Source: Candidatus Pacearchaeota archaeon
GTDB taxonomy: Archaea > Nanobdellota > Nanobdellia > Pacearchaeales > GW2011-AR1
Length of the DNA: 64,000 nucleotides
Direction: 5' to 3'
Assembly (NCBI GenBank): GCA_018304175.1
Contig: JAGVWT010000002.1
Location: 564 to 64,563 of the forward strand
Shown one piece after another: positions 19,055 through 27,904 of the stretch. Within the stretch, counting starts at the first letter, position 1. The number at the start of each line of letters is the position of its first letter. Below the pieces are notes generated by a model. The model did not search any database. It was not told the origin of the DNA and saw only the letters and a list, made by a program, of their open reading frames with translations. The translations under genes and the position numbers were made by a program.

Positions 19055-19966
19055 ATGAATAAACGCGGAATTAGTATCGTAATTGGTTACGTGCTTTTAA
19101 TCGCAATGGTTCTTGTCATCGGAGGTTTTGTTTACTCATGGTTGAGCACGTTTGTTCCGACAGAGCAACTTGAATGCAGCGACGGAGTTGGAATGTATAT
19201 TAACAGTTACACTTACAACTGCGACACAGATGAATTAGTCCTGAATTTAAGAAACAACGGGCGTTTTGGTGTCGCAGGTTATTACATACGAGGTACTGAG
19301 TCTCAAACAGAGACGCTCCCGATAACAGACCTCTCTGAATACGAAGAAACAGATGACTTTTTCGAAGGGGCTGTTTTATTCCAAGGATTCGGCGACAACA
19401 ACTTGAAACCAAATTCAAAAATCAAAAACACATTTGACTTTTCATCTGCTCCTTTTTCGCAGATTTACAAAATTCAATTAATCCCATTAAGAAGCGAAGT
19501 AATCAACGACAAAAAAACTTTATTGAGTTGTACTAATGCAGAGATTCTCACAGAAGTGAGCTGTTACGCGGTTGGCAGCAACGGGATTTTAAGTGCAAGT
19601 TACTCAAATTTGTGCAAAAACTGCGGAACACAGCCAGACTTTACTGGAACATCATGTTCACCAGGTGCTGATTGGTGGTATTATGAATCAACATTAAGAG
19701 AAACAGGTGGTTCTGTTGGATTGACAATCGAAGAAAGACAGAAGTGTTTTGTACACCAAAATCCAGAAGATGATTATTGTGGAGATATAAAAACAGATAT
19801 TGAAGGAGATTATGGAACAAATGAGATTAGTGCGGGAGGAGTAATAAATGCAGATGATTTTTGGGTTTGTACAGACCAAGCAACAATGACTGTAACAGAA
19901 ACATTTTGGGGTGTTGATGACAATGGAAAAGATGTTGAAGATAGTTATACATTTACTGTTAGTTAG
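19055..19966 (+). CDS. archaeal type IV pilin-like (class III signal peptide) protein
   Basis: N-terminus MNKRGISIVIGYVLLIAMVLVIGGFVY fits the archaeal prepilin motif (K/R-G followed by a hydrophobic helix). The C-terminal region is Cys-rich and unassigned. Confidence 0.55.
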   Translation: MNKRGISIVIGYVLLIAMVLVIGGFVYSWLSTFVPTEQLECSDGVGMYINSYTYNCDTDELVLNLRNNGRFGVAGYYIRGTESQTETLPITDLSEYEETDDFFEGAVLFQGFGDNNLKPNSKIKNTFDFSSAPFSQIYKIQLIPLRSEVINDKKTLLSCTNAEILTEVSCYAVGSNGILSASYSNLCKNCGTQPDFTGTSCSPGADWWYYESTLRETGGSVGLTIEERQKCFVHQNPEDDYCGDIKTDIEGDYGTNEISAGGVINADDFWVCTDQATMTVTETFWGVDDNGKDVEDSYTFTVS

Positions 19967-19969
19967 CGT

Positions 19970-20671
19970 TTAAAATACTTTTATAACTATTGAGGTAATA
20001 TCATCTTTTTTTCCACCGAAATATTTTCCTTTTGATTTTTTAGTGAAAGGAGATTCCCTTTTTTTATCAAGTGAGAAAACATGGGCCTTTTCAACTAGAA
20101 TTTTGGCGACATCACCTTGTTTATTCATCTCTTCTATAATTTCTCTATCAAAAATATTATCAAACAATCCATCTGTTGCGATTAGGATGATATCTCCCTT
20201 ATTTAGTTTTATCCTTGTTTTTTCACAATCTTCAGGAGTATTTTTTACAGATTTTCCATTATATTTTCCTATTTGATACGGATAATTAAAATCAAAAACT
20301 TGCTCTTTAGATGAATAATACACTTTATTATTTCTTATGATTTTGAATCCAGAATCTCCCAAGTGGATTATATCTAAAATATTATTTTCTATTTTTCCCA
20401 TACACAATGTTGTACTTCCATCAGAAAACACATCTTCATAGGACATTTTTAATAAATCAACTGGCGTGATATCTCTTCTACTATCAGCAATTTTTTTGCA
20501 GTTTTGCATTAGTTCATTTGGAAAAATGCTTGGATCTATACCTTTTGATTTCCATCCTCCAACTCCATCGGCTACTCCAAAAATATTTTTATTTTGTGAA
20601 ATAAAATAAGCATCCTCTGATTTCTCTTTTTTTGGGTGCTTTAATCCACAAGCAAAGACTTCTATCTGCAT
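19970..20671 (-). CDS. PP2C-family Ser/Thr protein phosphatase
   Basis: GVADGVGGW, DGSTTLCMG, LGDSGF, IATDGLFDN and DDITSIVIKV, which are the canonical PPM motifs. Confidence 0.9.
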   Translation of the reverse strand: MQIEVFACGLKHPKKEKSEDAYFISQNKNIFGVADGVGGWKSKGIDPSIFPNELMQNCKKIADSRRDITPVDLLKMSYEDVFSDGSTTLCMGKIENNILDIIHLGDSGFKIIRNNKVYYSSKEQVFDFNYPYQIGKYNGKSVKNTPEDCEKTRIKLNKGDIILIATDGLFDNIFDREIIEEMNKQGDVAKILVEKAHVFSLDKKRESPFTKKSKGKYFGGKKDDITSIVIKVF

Positions 20672-20687
20672 ATAAACTTCAAAATAA

Positions 20688-20700
20688 TAAAATTTAAAAA
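20688..20700. promoter_or_regulatory. candidate shared TATA-like box of a 50-nt divergent promoter
   Basis: aaaatttaaaaa lies ~24-27 nt from both the ATG at 20671 (-) and the ATG at 20722 (+). This is consistent with leaderless archaeal transcripts. Inference only. Confidence 0.3.
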
Positions 20701-20721
20701 GTGTGCTATTTTTGATTAGTT

Positions 20722-20907
20722 ATGGGAGAAAGCCTTGAAACAAATCTGAGAGATCCTACGGAGACTGTTTTGTCTAGGGCAAAGGAAAAAAGAAAGGTGT
20801 ATTTAAATGGAACGGACTATTCAACAAGTCCAAGCAGTCCGGTAAGCCCTCCAACCCCTTATAGCCCGCCTAGCCCTCCAGATTCTTATGATACTAGAGA
20901 TTCTTAG
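20722..20907 (+). CDS. small Ser/Pro-rich protein
   Basis: 61 aa ending ...STSPSSPVSPPTPYSPPSPPDSYDTRDS. Locally GC-richer codons. Sits between the PP2C and the kinase-like gene. Confidence 0.4.
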   Translation: MGESLETNLRDPTETVLSRAKEKRKVYLNGTDYSTSPSSPVSPPTPYSPPSPPDSYDTRDS

Positions 20908-20919
20908 AAATTCTGCAAA

Positions 20920-21792
20920 ATGAAAGATGAATTTTCAGAAATAGTTAAAGATATTCTTAATAAAGATAAAAATATCAGTGTTTTAGAAAAATTATCAAAA
21001 ACAAAAAATCCGTGTTATATAATTCAAGATTCCGAAGGAAATAAGTATTTTTTAAAAATATCAAATCATGAGGATTGTATCCAAAGAGAAATTAGGGCAA
21101 TAGAATTTTATTCAAGAAACAATCTTGCAAACATAGTAAAAATAACCTCATATAATCGTAATAGTTTGGTTACTTTTTATGAAGATGGATTAGAAGAGTT
21201 AGATCATGTTGAAATGATTAGGGAATTATCTAGTTTTCATCAAAGATCACTGAATCATCATAACTTCGAAGAATTCAGCAATGATAAAATATTCCAGCAT
21301 GAAACTAGGGATAAGGCTATTAAAAGAACTAAAAAATATGAGAATATAATCTCTGAAATAGGAAATCCGATAGAATTCAGAAGTTTTCTTTTAACTATGT
21401 CGCCAGAAGATTTTAAGATCTTCCCAAGAATTCTTTGCCATGGCGATCCACATAAATGGAATATCATGAGAAGAGCTGATGGCTCTACAATATTCTTAGA
21501 CGAGGAATTTGCAGCCTACACTGAACCAACATTTGATATTGCAAGGAGTATTGTCTCGGGTAATCCCGAAGATTTATACTCTTCGATCGGGCTTTATATT
21601 GAATTTATGAAAGAAACTCCAATGATGAAACATGGAGAATCAACTCTTACTAGAGCCATACTCTATGATGTTGTCTCTCAATCTATTAGCAGGGTTTTGT
21701 CATATAGAAAAAGACATCAAAATGATGATTTGGCTAAAAAGCAAATAAATAAAATAAAGAGTTTGATGGATTATATATTTGATAGTAAATAA
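20920..21792 (+). CDS. protein-kinase-like fold phosphotransferase (APH/choline-kinase family)
   Basis: YFLKIS (beta-3 Lys), catalytic loop LCHGDPHKWNIM, metal-binding FLDEEF. Confidence 0.7.
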   Translation: MKDEFSEIVKDILNKDKNISVLEKLSKTKNPCYIIQDSEGNKYFLKISNHEDCIQREIRAIEFYSRNNLANIVKITSYNRNSLVTFYEDGLEELDHVEMIRELSSFHQRSLNHHNFEEFSNDKIFQHETRDKAIKRTKKYENIISEIGNPIEFRSFLLTMSPEDFKIFPRILCHGDPHKWNIMRRADGSTIFLDEEFAAYTEPTFDIARSIVSGNPEDLYSSIGLYIEFMKETPMMKHGESTLTRAILYDVVSQSISRVLSYRKRHQNDDLAKKQINKIKSLMDYIFDSK

Positions 21793-21843
21793 AAGGAAAA
21801 ATTAAATCCTCAAAGTACTAAAAAAACTAATTAATCATATAAA

Positions 21844-22461
21844 ATGCTTCAAGATATAAAAAATCTAATAAAAAACAAGAATGTTATTTTATTTGGAGAA
21901 TTTCATGGAACAAAAGAAATCCCAGAAATGCTTTCGCAATTTTTCTCTGAAATGGCAAAAGATGAAAATTTCAATATGTGTTTAGAGATTCCAGAAGAGT
22001 TTCAAAATTTAGAGCCGGATAAGATTCTTTCACATGCCAAAGAAGCCGATACAAGCGGGTTGATTAGTAAAGAGTATATTAAATTACTTAAGGATATTCC
22101 AAGAAATATAAAAGTGTTTTTTATTGCTCCAAATTTTATAAAAAATCAGGAAGATGTTGAAAATGGGCTAGCAAATAATATTCTAAAAATTCTTGATGAT
22201 AAAAAAACATTTGTAATTTTAGGCAATATCCATGCTTCTAAAACCCCGATAAATCTTGGTAATTTTAAAATTATAACTGCTGGAACCATATTAAATCAAG
22301 AGTTAAAGAATAAATTGTTTAGTATAAATATCTCACCAAAAAAAGGCAAATTTTATAATTTTGGTGTTAAAGAAATAAAGGATAGTGATGATATAAATTT
22401 TAATAAGGGTTTTGATTATGTTTTAAGAATAGATAGGGTCAGTCCTTGCTCGCTTTTATAA
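21844..22461 (+). CDS. ChaN/TIKI-superfamily protein
   Basis: The N-terminal VILFGEFHGTKEIPEML resembles the ChaN GE-H signature. Same superfamily as the TraB-like ORF at 16959. Confidence 0.45.
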   Translation: MLQDIKNLIKNKNVILFGEFHGTKEIPEMLSQFFSEMAKDENFNMCLEIPEEFQNLEPDKILSHAKEADTSGLISKEYIKLLKDIPRNIKVFFIAPNFIKNQEDVENGLANNILKILDDKKTFVILGNIHASKTPINLGNFKIITAGTILNQELKNKLFSINISPKKGKFYNFGVKEIKDSDDINFNKGFDYVLRIDRVSPCSLL

Positions 22462-22481
22462 TTTAAATCTTCAAAGAAAAA

Positions 22482-22832
22482 CTAATTTCCACCACTTCCA
22501 CCACCGCCACCACCAGAATCACTTCCTGAACTTCCACCACCTGCTACTGCAGCGCCAAGACCTAAAAGCAAAAGCAATCCTCCAATGCAGACAACAGTGT
22601 TGTCTTCGCAGAAACTTTTATCATCTTCTTGTGCTTCTTGCGCTCTTAAAACTCTGTCGCCGTATGAAGTATCATTTGCTGAATAACTTTGAGTTTGAGA
22701 ATTTGGATTATTCAGAGTATAACCGAAAGCAGTTACTTGAGGTGTTGCACATCCTGCTACAGAACCTGCTAAATAACTCGCCATTGCAACTCTTGCAATT
22801 CCTTTTCCAAGCTTTGAATCTAAGTATTTCAT
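22482..22832 (-). CDS. putative lipoprotein/membrane protein with a Gly-rich tail
   Basis: Lipobox-like SVAGC, a C-terminal TM (VVCIGGLLLLLGLGAAVA) and a GGGSSGSDSGGGGGGSGGN tail. Confidence 0.45.
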   Translation of the reverse strand: MKYLDSKLGKGIARVAMASYLAGSVAGCATPQVTAFGYTLNNPNSQTQSYSANDTSYGDRVLRAQEAQEDDKSFCEDNTVVCIGGLLLLLGLGAAVAGGGSSGSDSGGGGGGSGGN

Positions 22833-22928
22833 ATAAAATCCAATATTACCTACTTTTTAAAGATTTCTGTGATAGTGCATATCATAAATCAATAAAAAGA
22901 TTTAAAAATATGTAAGATATGTCTTACT

Positions 22929-23198
22929 ATGGTTAAAATAACTACAACCAAGATAAGTTCGAAAGGACAAATAGTAATACCTTCAAGCATGAGAAAGGAT
23001 TTAAGAAAGGGTGAAGAGCTGATTATAATAAAAGATGATGAAAGATTTATCATTAAGAAAGTAAATAATTTAACTAAAAACATAAGAGAAGACCTTGAGT
23101 TCGCAAGAAAAACAGAAGAAGCATGGAAAAGAATAGAAGAAGGAAAGGGTACGAGGATGAACTTTGACGATTTTATCAATGAAATGAAAAAATGGTAG
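22929..23198 (+). CDS. AbrB/SpoVT-family antitoxin
   Basis: N-terminal TKISSKGQIVIPSSMRKDL, the swapped-hairpin AbrB/MazE motif. Overlaps the toxin gene by 7 nt. Confidence 0.8.
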   Translation: MVKITTTKISSKGQIVIPSSMRKDLRKGEELIIIKDDERFIIKKVNNLTKNIREDLEFARKTEEAWKRIEEGKGTRMNFDDFINEMKKW

Positions 23199-23437
23199 GT
23201 ATTGTCTTCGATAAAAAATTCAAAGAGACTTTTTCTAAAATTAAGGATGAGTTATTAAAACAAAAAATTATAAAACAAATAGAAAAAATAAAAACTAATC
23301 CAAAAGCCGGGAAACCAATGAGATATACAAGAAAAGGAACAAGAGAATTATACATCAAACCATTTAGACTTTCTTATGCTTACTCAATTAATGATACAAT
23401 TTATATTTTAGATTTGTACCATAAAAAGAAACAGTAA
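23192..23437 (+). CDS. RelE/ParE-family toxin
   Basis: 81 aa. GKPMRYTRKGTRELYIKPFRLSYAYSINDTIYILDLYHKK is a RelE-like layout. Confidence 0.72.
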   Translation: MVGIVFDKKFKETFSKIKDELLKQKIIKQIEKIKTNPKAGKPMRYTRKGTRELYIKPFRLSYAYSINDTIYILDLYHKKKQ

Positions 23438-23446
23438 AACATAATT

Positions 23447-23688
23447 GCTTCGCTAACGCTCAGTTATTCTCTCACATCATTAATGTACAAAACCAAATTT
23501 TACATTATCAATTAAAAAAATACCCATGAGTTTATAAAATTTGTTTGAGAAAGTCTCACTCGCATTTCATGCTCACTTAAAAAAGCTCACTTGTAAATTC
23601 GTTCGAGATTTTTGCGTTTATTAATATGAAAAATTTGATTTTTATTTGTTAATTATTATATCAAAACTGAGCGACTTTGGAGTGAAGC
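23447..23688. repeat. intergenic palindromic repeat family R, copy E (compound)
   Basis: Contains ctcactcgcatttcatgctcacttaaaaaagctcacttgtaaattcgttcgagattttt (a full R arm). The inverted arm ttatatcaaaactgagcgactttggagtgaagc has the reverse complement gcttcactccaaagtcgctcagttttgatataa. Confidence 0.55.
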
Positions 23689-23729
23689 AATTTTTTCATA
23701 AATAAAAACAACGAGTGTAGTGGGGAGAA

Positions 23730-24860
23730 TTACTGCGAAACTGTTTTTTCCAAAGAAGGAACAATTTCAAATTCGTTTGATGCTCTGTATTCATTGTTGA
23801 TTTTCCAGACTGCCTTGTAATTTCCATAACCACCTTTTTCAACGAAGAAAGGAAGGAGTGGAAATCGCTGTGTTGTTTGGTTGCAAGTGTGATTTGGGAG
23901 ATAATTTCCAAATTCATTGTTTTCCTTGTGAATGTGGTCTATGTGAAAAAATTGCGTTGCAGTATTAAATGAATTAATTCTCATACTAATAAAATCACCA
24001 CCATAACAAGTCTCTGCTTTGTAGATTACTTCTCCTCTAGGAGAATAAACTTCAAGGTCAATAGTTCCTTTTACTATTCCTCTATTTGAAGCTTCTTTAA
24101 AAAGTAACCTAAATTCTTCATCTTCTTTGAATGTATTTTTAATGCCGACATTTTCATTAGGCCCAGTTCTCCCATCATTGTTGAAATCCCTGTTATAATT
24201 ATATGCGAAAGCGTAAGATTTATCCGCCGCTAACCATAATCTGCTATTTCTAAATTCTTCATCGACTAAACCTTGTTGGAAATTTGTTGGATTTGTTGTT
24301 CGTTGATTTTGTGTTGTAGTGTTTGTATTCAAACTTGCTGTTTGTTGTGCTTGTTGTGTTTGATTATAATTTCTTACACTTTCATTCAAACTTGCTATTT
24401 GTTGTGCTTGTTGTGTTTGATTATAATTTCTTACACTTTCATTCAAACTTGCTATTTGTTGCTGGTTGTTATTTGAATTATCGTTAATAGTAACTTCTGT
24501 TTCTGCCGACCTTGTGGTTAATCCGTAGTTAGTTAAATTTTCTCCGAGTATTGCAGCTCCTGGCGCCATTCTTTGTCTTTGAGGATTTCCACTTTGTGCT
24601 GCGTTTTGTGCTGCGGCGCCGAGTAAACTTCCTAAAAGAACATATTCTAATCCTGGCTCATTTTCAATTGTTTCACACGCAACCAGACTTGTAGACAAAA
24701 TTCCTGCTGCCACGATGTTTCTGACTTTTCTTCCCAAATCCATAAGATACAGAAGATTGTCGGCTTTTAAAATTTTTGGTAGCTTGAGGTTTTGATGTTG
24801 CCCATTAAAAAATTGTCTCTGAGACATTTTACTTGTTTTCCCAGAATAAATCTGTGACAA
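23730..24860 (-). CDS. putative lipoprotein with 19-aa tandem repeats
   Basis: Lipobox LSTSLVAC after the MDLGRKVRN n-region. A TATA-like ttttaaaa lies ~30 nt upstream, so the likely true start is the ATG at 24743. Repeats are QQIASLNESVRNYNQTQQA x2.4. Confidence 0.55.
   Translation of the reverse strand: MSQIYSGKTSKMSQRQFFNGQHQNLKLPKILKADNLLYLMDLGRKVRNIVAAGILSTSLVACETIENEPGLEYVLLGSLLGAAAQNAAQSGNPQRQRMAPGAAILGENLTNYGLTTRSAETEVTINDNSNNNQQQIASLNESVRNYNQTQQAQQIASLNESVRNYNQTQQAQQTASLNTNTTTQNQRTTNPTNFQQGLVDEEFRNSRLWLAADKSYAFAYNYNRDFNNDGRTGPNENVGIKNTFKEDEEFRLLFKEASNRGIVKGTIDLEVYSPRGEVIYKAETCYGGDFISMRINSFNTATQFFHIDHIHKENNEFGNYLPNHTCNQTTQRFPLLPFFVEKGGYGNYKAVWKINNEYRASNEFEIVPSLEKTVSQ
24327..24465. 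repeat. 57-nt tandem repeat, ~2.4 copies, in-frame inside the CDS
   Basis: attcaaacttgct(g/a)tttgttgtgcttgttgtgtttgattataatttcttacactttc is repeated head-to-tail at 24327, 24384 and 24441 (partial). Confidence 0.9.
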
Positions 24861-24891
24861 ATTTTATAAATAAGAAAAACTACTTTATTAT

Positions 24892-25431
24892 ATGCCTAAG
24901 AAAAAAATCATTTCTGACAAAACGATTTCTAAGATTCCTCAAAGAAAAATTCCTTCTGTTCCTGTGAAAAGAATAAATCCTCTTCAAGGAAATTTAAGGG
25001 GTTATAACAAAGATGCTGAAAAAGTTCTTATAGAAAATTTTGTCGCTTTGCAGAAAGTCATGACAAATCTCTCGCTTAAATTTGATGAATTGACAATTCA
25101 GATATCAAAACTTTTGGAATTGTTTGAGATTTCAGCAAAGTCGCTCGCTGAGAGAAGAGATTTTGGAATGGGTGATGGAAGAGCACATAGAGAATTATCT
25201 GGAAAATTAGATAATTTAATGGAGCAAAATAAAACTCTCGCCCGTGGATTGAGTTTGCTTCATGAACCTAGGCAGATGATGCCTCAACCATCTCAGATGC
25301 AGCAGCCAATGAGAAATCCTCCGCCGCAGAATATTAACAGACCATCAAGATTTAATCCTCTTCCTCAGAAACAAGCAGTTGAAACAGATGACTACAAAAA
25401 ATCAATTTCTCCAGAGGAAAAAGAGGAATGA
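24892..25431 (+). CDS. hypothetical coiled-coil protein with a Q/P-rich tail
   Basis: 179-aa ORF. 4-nt overlap (ATGA) with the downstream gene. Confidence 0.45.
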   Translation: MPKKKIISDKTISKIPQRKIPSVPVKRINPLQGNLRGYNKDAEKVLIENFVALQKVMTNLSLKFDELTIQISKLLELFEISAKSLAERRDFGMGDGRAHRELSGKLDNLMEQNKTLARGLSLLHEPRQMMPQPSQMQQPMRNPPPQNINRPSRFNPLPQKQAVETDDYKKSISPEEKEE

Positions 25432-26132
25432 GATTATTATCTGAACTAAACATTTCACAGAAAAAATTAATCTTAATTGAGTTCACACGCGAATTATTAA
25501 AAAATTCACTTGGGAATCATGTTTCTGAATTTAAAACTCCATCTCTTATGGATTTTAGGAGAAAAGAAATAAAAATTCCTGAGAGGCAAGTTTTTCCTAT
25601 AACTCAAGAATTTTACAGAGAGCAACCAAAGAAATTTCCAGTAGTAAAAAAAAGGGTAGAGCAGATTGAAGATTATGAAAAATCAATGATTGAAAATATG
25701 TCAGATGAATTTATTCCACGTTCTGGAAAAAGTGTTTTCACGAGAAGAATGCCAGAACAGCTCGTGATTCCAGAGCCAAGACTTCCTCCAAGGTTCCAGT
25801 ATTTGAAGCCTTCGCCAACCGAGCATGAAATTTATTTAGGAAGATTAAATTCACTTATAAGAGATCCTTTTGTTAAAGCCATAGAATGTAATGGTGCTGG
25901 AGAAGAAATAATAGTTATAGGGAATTTTGGAAGGAGAAAAACAGAGATTATTCTTGACAAGGGAGAAGTTGATGAAGTAATAACAAAATTCTCTGAAGAA
26001 TCAAAGATTCCTCTGCATACGGGAATTTACAGCGTCGTCTACGGAAAGCTAGTTTTTTCAGCTGTAATATCTGATTTGCTCGGTGGAAAATTCATAATCA
26101 AGAAAATGAATTACAATCCCAATTTTAGATGA
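25428..26132 (+). CDS. FlaI/PilB (type II/IV secretion ATPase) N-terminal domain only; the ATPase core is absent
   Basis: LNSLIRDPFVKAIECNGAGEEIIVIG...TEIILDKGEVDEVITKFSEE...GKFIIKKM parallels the FlaI segment up to the tIRKF motif. The ORF stops before any Walker A, and repeat copy F starts 4 nt downstream. Confidence 0.45.
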   Translation: MRLLSELNISQKKLILIEFTRELLKNSLGNHVSEFKTPSLMDFRRKEIKIPERQVFPITQEFYREQPKKFPVVKKRVEQIEDYEKSMIENMSDEFIPRSGKSVFTRRMPEQLVIPEPRLPPRFQYLKPSPTEHEIYLGRLNSLIRDPFVKAIECNGAGEEIIVIGNFGRRKTEIILDKGEVDEVITKFSEESKIPLHTGIYSVVYGKLVFSAVISDLLGGKFIIKKMNYNPNFR

Positions 26133-26135
26133 TTG

Positions 26136-26356
26136 TCTCGCTCGTAAACTTGTTATTGTTTCATTAAATTGTCTAGTGCAAATGCTCGCTATCGCTCGAT
26201 TTTAATAAACGCTCCGAGCCAAACTCCGTTAAGGTTCTCCGCGAAAAATTGTTGATGAAAATTGGAAATTAAAACGTAAAAAATCTTGGTTTTCTATGTT
26301 AACAATTAAATCAATTTGCGAAGCAGAATTTATAAGCGAGCCGTTAGGCGAGCGAG
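26136..26356. repeat. intergenic palindromic repeat family R, copy F
   Basis: The left arm is tctcgctcgtaaacttg. The reverse complement of the right arm, ctcgctcgcctaacggctcgcttataaatt, aligns with copy G (tcactcgcctgacggctcgaatgtaatt). Confidence 0.5.
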
Positions 26357-26368
26357 TAATATATTTTT

Positions 26369-27841
26369 TCAGATTTTATAACTCCCAATAATTCCAATAT
26401 CTTCTTGCGATTTCCCTGAACCCGACGAGCCTTCTTCAAGAAGTTTTTTTGCTAAATCTTTCAAGAAAAGAGTTATATCTTTTTCAACTTCGTTTTTTAA
26501 TTCTGTTTCAGGGATTTCGGGATAGTATCTCTCAGCCCAAAACTCACCTATTTCATATCTTACGTTTGCTCCATTAATGGTTTGCTCTGCTTTTGTAACT
26601 TCAACTGAGATGTTTCCAAATTCTTTTTCAAGAGCTTCTCTTTCTTCTGAAGTAAGCTGAAGTGATTCTGTAGTTTCAATAATAGGTATGATTGTTTCTG
26701 GAATTTCTTCTTCACTTGTTGCTGTTATTTCTCCCGGAGAAATTTGCGTTGTAAGTGAAAGTATTTCTTCATCTTCGTAAATCAAGCTGATTTTTAATTC
26801 TCCTTCTTTTGTGTTTATTCCAAAATTGGAAAGGTCAATTTCAAAAGCTTCTGCAACTTCTCCTAAATATTCTTCTCCGAATCCCATTTCAACTTCAATG
26901 TAGTTTGCGCTTACAATTGCTTCACCATCTTTAATTTCTAAATTTACATTCTCACTTCCCTGAACTAGTTCAACAGACTCACCTTCTTTAAGTTGGTAGA
27001 TAAATGGATTAGTAGGAGAGACTTCACCTTCAATAACATTGTTAATTTCGAGAGATGCTTGTCCTGTAATTCCCAAAAATAAATTGAAGAAATTTGAAAT
27101 AAAATTCCCTGTTATTGGTGAAAGTTCTTGAGATTCTTCTGTTGGTTCATTACTAGTTTCTTCTGAAGTGCTTTCAGTAGAAGTTTGTTCCGAGGCTTTT
27201 TCATTATCTTGTTCTGGAAGTTCTTGTTCTTCAGTTTCTAATTCCCCTGTAATTGTTTCTTCAGAATTTTCCGTATCTAAACTTTCCGCTGGTTTTTCCT
27301 CGGGAATCTCTTCAATAGGTTCTTCGATAATTTCTTCTTGAGTTCCGGTTGTTTCTTCAACGTTTTGTGTTTCCTGGGATTCTGTCTCTGAAGTTTCTTC
27401 TACAACTTCTGTTGTTGTTTCTGTATCTGCAGGTTCATTTTCAGTAGTTGATTCTTGGATTATATTAAGAGTAAATGGAATTGATTCTGTGGATTTTTTT
27501 TCACCTTCAACACCAAATCCTTCTCCCTGTCCTGTAATTAATGAGCCTTCAATGTAAAAATTTCCCTGCTTTATTTCAGAGCTTATGAAATCACTTAAGT
27601 CATATCCGTAAGTTTCTCCCCCATTCTCTATAACTATTCTTGAATTAGCAGGAATTAACTCACCTTCTTTCAATGAAAGCTTCAATACTCCAGTAAGCTG
27701 TTCACCTTCGACATGTGTTGCCTTCAAATCCAAAACAGCTTTTCCAGTAGTTGGATTATTAGAATATGCAAAGCCGTAAATTAACAGAACAGTTAATAAA
27801 AATATAGAAATGAATCCTAAAATTGTATTAAATTTTGACAT
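26369..27841 (-). CDS. secreted/anchored acidic low-complexity protein
   Basis: N-terminal TM/signal (ILGFISIFLLTVLLIYGFAYS) and a long E/T-rich acidic stretch. Confidence 0.5.
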   Translation of the reverse strand: MSKFNTILGFISIFLLTVLLIYGFAYSNNPTTGKAVLDLKATHVEGEQLTGVLKLSLKEGELIPANSRIVIENGGETYGYDLSDFISSEIKQGNFYIEGSLITGQGEGFGVEGEKKSTESIPFTLNIIQESTTENEPADTETTTEVVEETSETESQETQNVEETTGTQEEIIEEPIEEIPEEKPAESLDTENSEETITGELETEEQELPEQDNEKASEQTSTESTSEETSNEPTEESQELSPITGNFISNFFNLFLGITGQASLEINNVIEGEVSPTNPFIYQLKEGESVELVQGSENVNLEIKDGEAIVSANYIEVEMGFGEEYLGEVAEAFEIDLSNFGINTKEGELKISLIYEDEEILSLTTQISPGEITATSEEEIPETIIPIIETTESLQLTSEEREALEKEFGNISVEVTKAEQTINGANVRYEIGEFWAERYYPEIPETELKNEVEKDITLFLKDLAKKLLEEGSSGSGKSQEDIGIIGSYKI

Positions 27842-27904
27842 CTTCCCTCTTTTACCTCAATCAGAAGAAAAAAGTGTATTTAAATTTTCCGAAGGGAAAC
27901 TTGT

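Noticed and set aside
24327-24465. Checked the window for CRISPR arrays; this tandem repeat was the only regularly spaced repeat found.
   Set aside because: The copies are contiguous with no spacers, are in-frame inside a CDS, and the period of 57 nt equals 19 codons. No cas genes are present. This is not a CRISPR array.
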